DNA of 64,000 nt from an uncultured Acidobacteriota bacterium (GCA_963804995.1 CAWDSK010000001.1:64001-128000); one strand, 5' to 3'; shown: positions 51,314 to 61,974, numbered from the stretch's first letter. Numbers and translations: made by a program. The notes: a model not told the origin generated them from the letters alone.

Positions 51314-52134
51314 ATTTCTCGACACCCTCAAGTCCGCCTCAGTCGCCGGCCCACTCATTCTCCGAGTGGACTCTAATCGTCGCTGTAAATCATGAGGAGG
51401 TTCTCCAGGGAACGCTGTTGAAATCGCCCGACATAGACGACCGCTGCCAGCTCGTCCTGAAGCGCGGCTATGCAAGTGCCGGGCAGGCATACGAAGCAGG
51501 GATTGCGGAAGCGAAGAATGAAATTCTGGTATTCGCGCATCAGGACGTTTACCTTCCGCAGGGCTGGCTCAACGGTGTGCGGGGGTGTATGGCGCAATTG
51601 CATCATCGAGATCCGAACTGGGGAGTTCTCGGACCCTCGGGAGTTGCGAACTCAACTGATTTCGTGGGGTATGTGCATTCGACGGGATTACGTCGGACCT
51701 TGGGCGCCCCGTTCGATCGGCCGATTGAATGTCTTACTCTCGATGAAATGCTTCTTATCATGCGTCGGTCATCAGGCCTGATGTTTGATGACCGATTGCC
51801 GGGCTTCCATTTGTATGGAACCGACATCTGCTTGCAGGCTCGCAGGCGAAATGTGAAGAGCTACGTCATTCCGGCTTTTTGCATTCATAACAGCAACGGC
51901 ATCGTCCGTTTGCCGAAGTCATTTTGGCAGGCGTATCTCTACCTGCGCCGCAAGTGGTGGAAGCAACTCCCCATCTCCACCACTTGTACCACGATTACGA
52001 GGTGGTGCGGGCCGTTGGGGTGGTCGGTCCTGCGTGGGACGATCAATGCAATGTTTTTCAGTAACGCTGTCGGAAAGCGGACCGCGGATCCGGAACGTCT
52101 TTCGAAGGACCTGCTCAATGCAACCGGCACATGA
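51310..52134 (+). CDS. Glycosyltransferase-like protein (GT-A fold)
   Basis: LVFAHQDV, TLDE, FHLYGTDICL. Confidence 0.8.
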   Translation: MNFSTPSSPPQSPAHSFSEWTLIVAVNHEEVLQGTLLKSPDIDDRCQLVLKRGYASAGQAYEAGIAEAKNEILVFAHQDVYLPQGWLNGVRGCMAQLHHRDPNWGVLGPSGVANSTDFVGYVHSTGLRRTLGAPFDRPIECLTLDEMLLIMRRSSGLMFDDRLPGFHLYGTDICLQARRRNVKSYVIPAFCIHNSNGIVRLPKSFWQAYLYLRRKWWKQLPISTTCTTITRWCGPLGWSVLRGTINAMFFSNAVGKRTADPERLSKDLLNATGT

Positions 52135-52156
52135 AAATTCAAGCCATCAAGGCCGC

Positions 52157-53515
52157 ATGAAGATCTGCCTCTTAGGCGCGGCATTCGACACTGAAAACTT
52201 GGGCGTCAGAGCGCTGGCGGTGGGGACGGTTCGCGCCATCCTGCACTGCTACCCCCAGGCGGAAGTTTTCTTTCTCAACTACGAGAAGTTCAGGACGGTT
52301 TACACCATCAAGTGCCCCGACCGGCAGGTTGCAATTCCGCTGGTCAACATGCGCTTTTCCTGGAGGTTTTGGCTTCGCCACAATATTGCTTTCCTGGTGT
52401 TCCTGACCGTTCTGATGAAGCTGCTTCCCATCCCCGCACTCCGGCGGCGATGGATTGCCGGGAACGACTGCCTGCGCCATCTCGATGGGTCGGACCTGGT
52501 GGTGGCTATTTCCGGCGGGGACAGTTTCAGTGACATCTACGGCCTCGGGCGGCTACTTTATGTATCTCTGCCGCAGATTCTGGCGTTGTGGGCGGGCAAG
52601 CGGCTGATCCTGCTGCCGCAGACGCTCGGGCCCTTCAAGAGCCGCTTTGCGCGGGCGATTGCGAAATACATCATGAAGCGCGCCGAGGTGATCTATTCGA
52701 GGGACTATGCCGGAATCAAGCATGTGGAAAACTGGCTGGGGCTGGACGCTCGCGCGGGCAGGCTGAAATTCTGCTACGACGTGGGCTTCGTAGTGGATTC
52801 CATTCCACCGGCCCGAATCGACCTCGTCGGGCTCCCCTTGGAGCAGATGGAAGCCAAACAGCTTGTGGGGCTGAACGTCAGCGGCCTCCTCGACATGGGA
52901 GGCTATGCCGGGAAAAATATGTTCGGGCTAAAGACGGATTACCGAGCCTTCATTTACACCCTCATCGATTTCCTGATCGAAAAGAAGCAGGCGAATGTCG
53001 TTCTGATCCCCCATGTGTTGGGAATAGGCGGCGAATGCGATTCGCCGGTCTGTGACCGAGTCTTCGAAGAGCTAAGGGACAAATATCCCGACCGGATTGG
53101 AGTGGTGCGAGGACGCTATAACCAGAGCGAAATCAAGTATATCATCGGGTCGTGCGACTTTTTCATCGGGGCCAGGATGCACGCGTGCATCGCTGCACTC
53201 TCGCAGGGCATTCCGGCGGTTGCTATTGCGTATAGCGACAAATTTACCGGGGTCATGCAGACGGTGGAAGTTGAGGGGCTGGTCGTCGATCCCCGCACCA
53301 TGGGAGAGGAGCAGATCCTGAACGCGATCGGGGATGCCTTCGACCGCAGGGCCGCATTGCGCCGACAGCTTGAGGAAACCCTTCCAGGCGTCAAACAAGC
53401 TGTATTAGATCTCTTTAAGGACTTAGTAACTCCTGTAAGCAATTGTCAAGGCTTGCCGGTCACGGCTGGGCAAGAGTGTCAGGGCATCGAGAAGGGAGAG
53501 GGACTGAAAGCATAA
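52157..53515 (+). CDS. Polysaccharide pyruvyl transferase family protein (WcaK-like)
   Basis: NLGVRAL, GGDSFSDIYG, PQTLGP, YSRD, IGARMHACIAAL, AYSDK. Confidence 0.88.
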   Translation: MKICLLGAAFDTENLGVRALAVGTVRAILHCYPQAEVFFLNYEKFRTVYTIKCPDRQVAIPLVNMRFSWRFWLRHNIAFLVFLTVLMKLLPIPALRRRWIAGNDCLRHLDGSDLVVAISGGDSFSDIYGLGRLLYVSLPQILALWAGKRLILLPQTLGPFKSRFARAIAKYIMKRAEVIYSRDYAGIKHVENWLGLDARAGRLKFCYDVGFVVDSIPPARIDLVGLPLEQMEAKQLVGLNVSGLLDMGGYAGKNMFGLKTDYRAFIYTLIDFLIEKKQANVVLIPHVLGIGGECDSPVCDRVFEELRDKYPDRIGVVRGRYNQSEIKYIIGSCDFFIGARMHACIAALSQGIPAVAIAYSDKFTGVMQTVEVEGLVVDPRTMGEEQILNAIGDAFDRRAALRRQLEETLPGVKQAVLDLFKDLVTPVSNCQGLPVTAGQECQGIEKGEGLKA

Positions 53516-53526
53516 GGGAGACGTTC

Positions 53527-54573
53527 GTGCCCGTTGATGAATTGAACCCGCTGGCAGACCCTCGATGGGGGGAGTTTCTAGAAAGACATCCGCAGACCTC
53601 GGTATTCCACACGTCGGGGTGGCTGGAGGCGCTGCGGCGGACCTACGATTATGAGCCTTTCGTTGTGACTACCGCGGCTCCCGGCGAAGAGCTGAAGAAC
53701 GGAATCGTGTTTTGCCGTGTCAAGAGCTGGCTGACGGGCAATCGTGTCGTGTCCCTCCCCTTCGCCGATCATTGCCAGCCGCTCGTGGAGAGTCCGGAGA
53801 GCCTTGCAACGTTGATAGCTGCGCTAAGGGAAGAGCAGGCGCGCGCGAAATGGAAATACATCGAGCTAAGACCGCTCACCTCAAATGGCCACTTGGAAGA
53901 CGGGATGTCCTTCGGGAAGAGCGCGAAGTTTCATTTTCACATGCTCGATCTGCGGCCCGATCTGGACTCTCTCTATCGCGGCCTTCACAAAAGCTGTGTG
54001 CGGAGGAAGATCCAACGCGCCGAGCAGGAAAATCTTGCATATGAGGAAGGGCGCTCAGACTCCATTCTTGCGAGCTTCTACCACCTCCTTCTCCTGACGC
54101 GCCGCCGCCATCAGCTTCCGCCGCAGCCGCTGGGATGGTTTCGGAATCTTCTCGACTGCCTGGGTGATCGAGCCAGAATCCACATGGTATCGAAAGATCG
54201 CCAACCTATCGCCAGCATCCTCACATTGTTCCATAAGCAAACTCTTGTCTATAAGTATGGCTGCTCGGATAGCAGGTTCCATAGCTTGGGAGGGATGCCG
54301 CTCCTCTTCTGGAAGGCCATTCAGGAGGGCAAGCGGCTGGGGGCCAGAGAATTCGATCTCGGCCGCTCGGATACTGATAATCCCGGCGTGGCGGCCTTCA
54401 AGGGACATTTGGGCGCCACCTGTTCCACGCTCACTTATTTCAGCTATCCGCCCCGGGTGCCGTCAAGCCCTGCTTCAGGTTGGAAAATGAAGATCGTTAC
54501 TAGTGCGTTTGGCTGGCTGCCCGATACGCTTCTGATTACGGCAGGCAGTCTATTGTATCGACATGTGGGGTAA
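53527..54573 (+). CDS. FemAB-like GNAT protein of exosortase/PEP-CTERM EPS loci
   Basis: VFHT..W, SWLTGNRVVSLPF, FDLGRS..N.G..AFK..LGA. Confidence 0.82.
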   Translation: MPVDELNPLADPRWGEFLERHPQTSVFHTSGWLEALRRTYDYEPFVVTTAAPGEELKNGIVFCRVKSWLTGNRVVSLPFADHCQPLVESPESLATLIAALREEQARAKWKYIELRPLTSNGHLEDGMSFGKSAKFHFHMLDLRPDLDSLYRGLHKSCVRRKIQRAEQENLAYEEGRSDSILASFYHLLLLTRRRHQLPPQPLGWFRNLLDCLGDRARIHMVSKDRQPIASILTLFHKQTLVYKYGCSDSRFHSLGGMPLLFWKAIQEGKRLGAREFDLGRSDTDNPGVAAFKGHLGATCSTLTYFSYPPRVPSSPASGWKMKIVTSAFGWLPDTLLITAGSLLYRHVG

Positions 54574-54575
54574 CA

Positions 54576-56020
54576 ATGCTTCAGGAGGGGAAGAACATGA
54601 GCCTGAATAAAGCGCTGATGGATTACTTTCGATGTCCTGAAGCCTTTGCGGATTTCGCTCTCCGAGGAGATCTGTGCCCGGGTAAGGGATATTTTCGCTT
54701 CGGGCCGGATGTTATCTGTTATGGGCAATCGTCCCCGGGCTATTATGCCGAAACGCCCGAGGAGGCAACTTGTGATCTCGCATACCATACCCGGACGGAA
54801 GGGACAACTTGCTACATTCCCTTCGACCCTTCGGCGGTGGTCGACAATTTGCGGTGCGAACGCTACCTTGGCCTCAACCCGGACAATGGGAGGGAGAAGG
54901 AACAGATAAGCTGGGTACGCAAAGCGTATTATCGTCTTCGCCCGCACCTGGGAGTCCCCATTCGCAAGCAACTGCAGCGATTGTGGTTGAGGGGCCGCGA
55001 AAAGAGGCGCTTTCCGAGCTGGCCCGTTGATCGAACCGTCGACCTATTGCTGGAGAAGCTTCTGGTCCTCTCCATGAAGGCACACCGGGTCGAGAGAATT
55101 CCCTTCATCTGGTTTTGGCCCAACGGTCAGAAAAGCTGTGCGATCCTGACGCACGATGTGGAAGAATCGTCTGGGGTTGATTTTTGTCCTTCGCTCATGG
55201 ATATCGATGATTCCTTCGGAATCAAATCGTCATTCCAGTTCATTCCGGAGGAACGATATGCCATTTCCCGAACCCTTTTGGAGCGCATCCGGGAGAGAGG
55301 GTTTGAGGTTAACATTCACGACCTCAAGCATGATGGCCATCTATACGACAGTAGGGAAGCATTCCTTCGCTGCGCTCTCAGGATCAACAAATACGCGAAG
55401 GAGTACGGCGCCCTGGGGTTCCGGGCCGGAGCACTTTATCGCAGACTCGATTGGTACGATGCCTATGACTTTTCCTACGACATGTCGGTTCCCAATGTGG
55501 GGCACCTGGACCCTCAATTCGGCGGGTGCTGTACCGTGATGCCTTATTTCATCGGGAATGTGCTGGAGCTTCCTCTGACAACGACGCAGGACTACACCCT
55601 CTTCAATATCATTTCTGACTATTCGCTCGACCTTTGGCAACGACAGATCAGACTTATCACTGAGAACCATGGCCTCCTCAGTTTCATCGTACATCCTGAC
55701 TATGTCCTCAGAGAAGGGCACGCGATACTTATGCTAGACTGCTGGCGCATCTCTCGCGATTGCGCAGTCAGGGAGAAGTCTGGATAGCTCTGCCCAAAGA
55801 GGTCGACCGCTGGTGGAGAGAGCGAGCCAGGATGACGATTGTGTGCGAAGCCGGACGATGGCGGATCAAAGGCCTGGGCCAGGAACGGGCAAGGCTGGCT
55901 TACGCGTGCCTCGACGGCGATCAGATCTCGTACACCTTCGAACCCCTCATCGGCGGAAAAACCACAGCCGCCCACGGCCGTCACATCGTGATCGCATCAT
56001 CGGGCATCGCTCTGCCATAA
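54576..56020 (+). pseudogene. Polysaccharide deacetylase-like protein, frameshifted near 55712
   Basis: ILTHDVE, IHDLKH, GFRAG, ELPLT, IVHPDY; the C-terminus (RARDTYARLL..VWIALPKEVDRWWRER) continues in another frame to 56020. Confidence 0.75.
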
Positions 56021-56064
56021 GACCTTCTATCAAGTCACCCTTCGCCTCCCAAGGTTTCGTGCAA

Positions 56065-57018
56065 ATGTCGATTCCATCGTTTGGTGCTTCGGTCCCGCCT
56101 GCGGGGCAAGACCCGCCCCCCCGGCTTGGAGCCACGTCGATCGCCCAGTATGCGGCGGGAGTAGGTTCCCCAAGAAATGTACTTTTCTTGTTCCTTGTAA
56201 TCGTGTCCCTTTTCGTGTTTTGGACGCCGCTGAGGACACTGCTGGATTACTCCTTGCGGGGACAGCATGAGTACGACAAGTACTCTCACACCGTGTTGAT
56301 CCCCTTCATCAGTATGGTACTGGTGTTTTTGGGAAGGAAAAGAACCTTTGCGAGTGTCCAATACGATTTTCGAATTGGCGCCATTCTGCTCTTCGCGGGA
56401 CTCATTGTGAATTGGTCAGCGGGGTGGGGTCTAAATCAGCTCGGAGCGGAGAACTCTCTCTCCGTACGGGTACTAGGACTGGTTGTATTCTGGATTGCTG
56501 GATTCATCCTTTGCTACGGAACACGAGCTTATCGGGCCGGCGCATTCCCACTCTTGTCCCTCCTTCTGGCAGTACCTATCCCTAACCTATTGCTCGACGC
56601 CCCGCTATCGGCTGTGCGGTACGGATCAACGGAGGTGTGCTCGCTGGTATTCAACCTGGCCGGCGTGCCGTTTCTGCGGAATGGGCTTGAATTCGCCCTG
56701 CCCAGCATCAGTATTGAAGTGGCGAAGGAGTGCAGTGGGATTCATTCAACCTTAGCCCTCTTTATCGTCAGCCTCATCGCAGGACACCTTTTCCTTACAT
56801 ACCTCTGGAAGAAAGTCCTTCTGGTTCTGTTCGTCCTTCCCGTTGTGTGCATCACCAATGGCTTGCGGATTGCCGGATTGACGTTGCTCGCGGTGTATGT
56901 CGATCCAAGATTCATGCACAGTAGTCTTCATCGCGAGGGAGGCATCGGTTTCTTTGTGCTGGCCCTACTATTATTGTTTGCGGTTCTTCACCTCCTGCAA
57001 TGGGGACAAAGGGTATAG
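56065..57018 (+). CDS. Exosortase/archaeosortase-family transpeptidase
   Basis: YSH..LIP; catalytic Cys (EVAKECSG), Arg (NGLRI) and His (HREGG); multiple TM helices. Confidence 0.92.
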   Translation: MSIPSFGASVPPAGQDPPPRLGATSIAQYAAGVGSPRNVLFLFLVIVSLFVFWTPLRTLLDYSLRGQHEYDKYSHTVLIPFISMVLVFLGRKRTFASVQYDFRIGAILLFAGLIVNWSAGWGLNQLGAENSLSVRVLGLVVFWIAGFILCYGTRAYRAGAFPLLSLLLAVPIPNLLLDAPLSAVRYGSTEVCSLVFNLAGVPFLRNGLEFALPSISIEVAKECSGIHSTLALFIVSLIAGHLFLTYLWKKVLLVLFVLPVVCITNGLRIAGLTLLAVYVDPRFMHSSLHREGGIGFFVLALLLLFAVLHLLQWGQRV

Positions 57019-57481
57019 GAGTCTCGAGGTGAAATCTCCTGCTATTCCCGTGATCGCCTGATTTGGTGCTTTACGGAAGCGTTCGAAACCAATACAAGCG
57101 CCGCGTGGGCAGAATACGCTCGGGACCTCTTTAGGCGGTCACGGGACAAGCGAAGATCCGCCAACAGTTCGCGCAAGGCAGACAAGGCCGGAGCTCATGG
57201 AAGACCTGAAGTTGGATTCAACGGGTTAAATATTCATGAATTAAATAGTATTCTCAAGATAGATTAAATAAAAGTCAATATACCATTGGTGCCGGCTTAT
57301 AGTCCTTTAGTGCCATCCAACGAAAATGTCGCAGCACTTTCAGCGTTTCCTTGCTATCACTAGCACTCAGAACAAGAAAATGTTACCTGTTTTCCTCGGA
57401 CAATTCGCTCATTATTAGATTGCCCCCACACCCCTGAAGCCGAGAGGATTCCAATATTCCCAACGCGGGCATGGGATGGGG

Positions 57482-58627
57482 TCAATTCGTGTGCGGCGCC
57501 ACTTGCCCTTTTCCAGCAGTTCCCACGATGTGCGCCCAAATTCTCGCGAATAGGACTCGCCTAAGGTTGAATTGATATAACCAAACCCCAAAACAAGTGC
57601 CCAAGGTATTGGTGATGAGATCCGTTGTGCCGGAATCCCGCGTCGGCAGGAATGCCTGAAGAGATTCGATCGTAAGGCTGACCGCGAACCCTAGAAGGAT
57701 TGTGACCAGCGCCGGCCTTTTGATCCGTCCGGCCAGCGAAAAGTAGGCGCAGAAAAGGAACCCGAAGGGAGCAAAACCTGCAATGTTGACCAGCACGTCC
57801 TCCCAATAGCCCCAACTTGGACGGAATTCCTCCCAGAATGGCTCTAGGAAAACCTCCTTCACAACCAAATAGCGGTCCGGAATATACAAGTCGGTTGCCG
57901 AGGACACTTGGTTATGAATGACACGACCCGCCCGCTCATCAAATAGATAAAGCCCCACGGCACGCTCATTTTCGGAAACATCTGGTCGTCCCTTTTCTAT
58001 CCAGGTCGCGTAGTGGTGAAAGACCTGCGCCGGAGAGAGCTCTTGGTCATAAATGGCAAGCCCCCGCAAAAGACCAGACCAGCTATTATCTTTTATGGGC
58101 GAGTTGGCGATTACGAGTTCGCCGTCAAAATCCCTGCCGGAAAGCGGAAATTTGAGGGATGTTCGGCCCAGCGCACCATCAATATAGACTGACGTTCGCC
58201 CTCCGTTCGACGTGACCGTTATGAACAAGCGCTTTCCCCGATGGAAAACGTCATCAACATAGAGTCTGGTGGCACGAGTTCGATTGCGCTCGTCTCGAAT
58301 GTCACTTTGCAAGGCAAGGTCAGCAATGGATTGGCGCAGCGAAAACTGCCGAGGGCGCCTAGGAGCGTAGAAAGCAATGAGAGTGCTGGAGGCCGCAGTG
58401 AATTCCGGTTCTAACCAGACCTCTAAGCTGCACGGGGTGTCCTCTTGCGCATTCGGCGCCCGGAATTTGCTGGAACTCAGTATCGTCCCATGACGACCAA
58501 AGTGCAAACCGTTGCTACCATCGAGCCATGTCACCTGATTCCTGGGAGAGTGAAAGGGCCAGAGTCCTGCCACGAACAGCCCCCCTAAGACCAATCCACA
58601 AACCACGCCGAGAACCTTCGTGCTCAT
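57482..58627 (-). CDS. VanZ-family membrane protein with a LamG/concanavalin-like extracytoplasmic domain
   Basis: VYIDG, WSG....LAIYDQELS (LamG-like); NIAGFAPFG, IESLQAFLPTR, DLITNTLG (VanZ). Confidence 0.82.
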   Translation of the reverse strand: MSTKVLGVVCGLVLGGLFVAGLWPFHSPRNQVTWLDGSNGLHFGRHGTILSSSKFRAPNAQEDTPCSLEVWLEPEFTAASSTLIAFYAPRRPRQFSLRQSIADLALQSDIRDERNRTRATRLYVDDVFHRGKRLFITVTSNGGRTSVYIDGALGRTSLKFPLSGRDFDGELVIANSPIKDNSWSGLLRGLAIYDQELSPAQVFHHYATWIEKGRPDVSENERAVGLYLFDERAGRVIHNQVSSATDLYIPDRYLVVKEVFLEPFWEEFRPSWGYWEDVLVNIAGFAPFGFLFCAYFSLAGRIKRPALVTILLGFAVSLTIESLQAFLPTRDSGTTDLITNTLGTCFGVWLYQFNLRRVLFARIWAHIVGTAGKGQVAPHTN

Positions 58628-59016
58628 CACCTCCCGGTTAACCTCGCCGATCTTTTGTTGAATTCCGGAGGTAATGCCTTGCCAGCCGGCTGCGGCGTTG
58701 CCTTGTTTCTTTTGAATCATTCGGCTCACCTGCTAGCCCTCTTTCGCCAGACGATAACAGGCAATCTTCAATTCACTATAACGCAATTGTTTCCTAAACT
58801 GTGGCTCCGCCGACGTGAAAGCATTTTCTCCCTTATCGCGCCGCTGTCCAAGCAATCTCAATTCAAATTTGCTGGGCGAAAAGCTGAAGCAGACTCCTTG
58901 CCATCCGTCGGGCAGCAGATTCCAAAGTCTCTGTTACCACGATCAAATCCCTTCTGCGGCGGCTCGTTCGAGAGTACCTCCACTACTACAACTACGCTTC
59001 ATACTGCCCCACCTCG

Positions 59017-61092
59017 CTATGTAGTTGAAAAACCTAACTTCCTTTGTTCAGACGTTGATATTGCGGGTCCCCGATTGCTGCCACGGACACGCGCGACGAA
59101 CTTTGCTGCGGCTTCTGTCTCCAGTGCACGCTGGCTAAAAACCCAGGGCCCATCGGCAAGGGGATGATCGGCTTCAATCTCGCCTCGTTCCACCGCCAGG
59201 CGGAGCGTCCGGGAACTCACGCCTAAGATGCAGGCCGCTTCCGTCAGGTTCATCCATTCTTCCGACTCGCCCCTGTCGATCGAGTGACCAGGAATCGCGT
59301 GATGACTGCGTAGTGAGGTCACCCGTTCCCGCGTCCAGCGATTACCTCGCCCAGTCAGTAGACCGCTCCGATTTAGCGCGCCGGCCAGCTGATCATCCGA
59401 ACAGATCCGCGCCAATACTCTTACCGCCTCGACGGTCTCTTTCGAGGTGTGACTGCTATTCTGTCCACGCCGCCGCCGGGGTAAACGCAGGTCGGTGTGC
59501 ACGCCCCCCTTCCAGTGAATCATCAGAATGATTTCACCTGCCTGCGCATCCACATCGACGACGATCTCATGGATCAGCGTTCGTACAATGCGTTTTTTCA
59601 GGCGAATATCGGCTCCCGGGTCATTCCACACGGCTTCAAGGTCGGCCGCCAAGTTCTCGAATTCTTCCCGCGTGGGTGCAGCTGCCTGACCCTGGTCCTG
59701 GACGTGCTGTTCGATTCGTAGTTCGATTTCGTGCACTCGCTGCAGGGCTTGGTCCCAGCGACGCTCCAATTCTTCTGTCACCAAGCGGTTTTCCGGGTCC
59801 GCGGCATCGTACTGTTTCTGGGCACGCTGCGCGGCATAGCGTGCTGCCTCCAGATCTCGTCCCAGGGCCTCCAAGACCTCGTCGCGCTGACGCGCTTGTT
59901 CTTCGCTGGCCAGCACTGCCGCTTCTATCGCTGCCGGTTGCACGACCCGCACCACTTCCTTTGCCATGATTTCGTCAACCAGCCTTCCGCCAAAGGCGAT
60001 GCAACGCGCTTCGCCATTGTCCAGCCAGCCTCGACGGCACCCGTAGCGGAGCACGTCATGCTCGTTCCCCGTATACCAGACGGTCAGCTTACGACCACAG
60101 CGCCGGCAACGCAACAGACCGGCCAACAAAGCCGGACCACTTCGGACGGCGCCCGCTTGACCCCATCCGCGAACATTCTCCGCCATCGCCTGTTGAATCC
60201 GCTCAAACTCTTGCCAACTCACGTAACCTTCATGAGCGTTCGGAATCAACGCCAGCCACTGCTCCCGCGGTTTGCGCCGAGAACCTCGGCGGGGCTCGCC
60301 GTTTTCATAATGCAATGACAGTTCGGTCTTTCCGTACGCATAGGCACCGCCGTAGATCGGGTTGGCGAGCAAGCGGTGGATCGTGCCATAAGAAGGACGC
60401 TTCCAGCCTGTTTCACCTTGGGGGGTGTGCACCGGAAGCTGCAAGCCGTGTTCCAGGAACTACAACAAGGTCTGACGAACGCTCCCCAGCTCGAGAAATT
60501 TGTGAAACACCAGCAGGAGGGCTTGCTGTACCCGACGGTCGGGATCTTTTTCCAAACCTGACTCTTCGGTCTTGAGATAACCGACCGGTGCGGCCACCAG
60601 CAACTCGCCCCGGCGCGCCTTTTCGCGTCGTGCTTCCACCGAGCGCTGGCGCAGCAGGTCCAGTTCATATTCGTTCAGGCTCCCCTTCAGCCCCAACAGT
60701 AATCGATCGTTACTGTGCCGGGGCGAATAAACCGTCTCCTGGTCGATCAACACCGTATCGACGACACGGCACACTTCCACCAACTGCTGCCAGTCTCGGC
60801 TGTTGCGAGCGAAGCGGGAGACCTCTCGAGCGGCCACCGCTCCGACCTTGCCCAAACACACCTCCGCCACCATGCGTTCGAAACCGGCGCGCGTTACCGT
60901 CCCGGCCGCGGACCGGCCCAGGTCTTCATCCACGACCTCGATCTCGCGCCAGCCTAGCTGTGCGAGGCGTTCCTGCATGGCATACTGCAACTTCTGGCTT
61001 TCCAGGTTATGGCTGACCTGATAAGCCGACGACTGACGAACATACAGGATCGCCTTGCGTTCCAGATGCTGCGTTTTGATCTTGTCACTCAT
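59017..61092 (-). pseudogene. Large serine recombinase (resolvase + recombinase + Zn ribbon) with an in-frame TAG at 60460-60462
   Basis: AILYVRQSS, DEDLGRSA, EVSRFARN, LLANPIYGG, HEGYVS, LLAGLLRCRRCG; the two ORFs are in the same frame. Confidence 0.9.
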
Positions 61093-61276
61093 TCCGCGCC
61101 TCCTTCTGATGGCCGGAGGCGAGGACCGGGCTTAAGTGCTCGCGCAGCAGTTGCGCCAGCAGCTTCAGGGTCTTCTGCTGGATTTCCTGAGGCAGTCTCT
61201 GCCAGGACGGACTCAGGTGGGGCGGATGAAACAATTTGAATTGATTGGCTGTCGGTCGGCTCTCTGACGTTCGCAT
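61085..61276 (-). CDS. Small accessory protein of the recombinase element (63 aa)
   Basis: AGGAGG 5 nt before ATG 61276; WQRLPQEIQQKTLKLLAQLL helix; stop overlaps the recombinase start. Confidence 0.65.
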   Translation of the reverse strand: MRTSESRPTANQFKLFHPPHLSPSWQRLPQEIQQKTLKLLAQLLREHLSPVLASGHQKEARNE

Positions 61277-61619
61277 CAGCACCTCCTGGGACTAGCAAGG
61301 AATGATGCTGAGCTTGTAGCACAACCTCTGGGCTGACCTGGGGGGCACCTCGAAGCAGGTCCTTCAAATCCAGCAATGCTTCGCAGGACACCGTGGGAAC
61401 TGCCATCTTACGCATCCGACAGCAGGTTGCAGAATCAAACATCCATTGCGGCACGTCCAAGCACCGAGCATCCGGGCTCTCCTCGATGCCGCACCGATAT
61501 ACCGCTTGCCTATTCTTGACGAGAGTTTCATAAGTCCAGACCGAACGACCGTACCACGGATGCCACGGGTAAAAGACTTCTCGAGATTCAGTACTATGGG
61601 TGTTGAGTTGTCGAGTTGT
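61089..61619 (-). CDS. Start-less accessory ORF (YPWHPW motif) running from the very end of the element; completed only on the circle
   Basis: Frame open from 61619: TTRQLNTHSTESREVFYPWHPWYGRSVW...LDVPQWMFD; no start codon before TTG 61460 in the integrated form. Confidence 0.65.
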   Translation of the reverse strand, partial: TTRQLNTHSTESREVFYPWHPWYGRSVWTYETLVKNRQAVYRCGIEESPDARCLDVPQWMFDSATCCRMRKMAVPTVSCEALLDLKDLLRGAPQVSPEVVLQAQHHSLLVPGGADANVREPTDSQSIQIVSSAPPESVLAETASGNPAEDPEAAGATAARALKPGPRLRPSEGGAE

Positions 61620-61974
61620 ACCACGAAGATCGCGTCCATGACGCCCTGAACAAAGATACGCCTACCGGCCGTTTTCTCGAACGGAGGCGACCGATGCAGC
61701 AAGAGTTCTGGCTTACCTCGCGTCGGTGGCCTCCATCACCGCTATCAATGGCGGACAGCCGCCTGGAGTGCATACGCGATCAAGCCGTTGCCCATCTGTC
61801 GCCGTCTTCTTCCTGTGGAGTCAAAGCCAAGCCTGTCAGAACTCCATCAAAAACTGCCGAAACTCCGTCTGCGCGTGCGCCCTCGTCATGTGGACAAAGG
61901 AGGGCGCGAGGTGGCGGAGAGATCACCCCTTTTCTCAGGCGGCTTATTTTTGAGGACACACAAGTTGCCTGCTC

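Larger units (their letters stand above)
58989..61618 (-). mobile_element. 2.6-kb large-serine-recombinase mobile element inserted at a TA dinucleotide
   Basis: TA on both sides (58987-58988, 61619-61620); ends TA|CAACT and AGTTG|TA are inverted; removal restores the host reading frame. Confidence 0.85.
58954..61765 (+). pseudogene. C-terminal remnant of an integrase-core transposase, split by the recombinase element
   Basis: 58954-58988 joined to 61621 onward reads LRRLVREYLHYYHEDRVHDALNKDTP, later LPRVGGLHHRY; homologous to the C-terminus of the 3465-4538 transposase. Confidence 0.8.
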
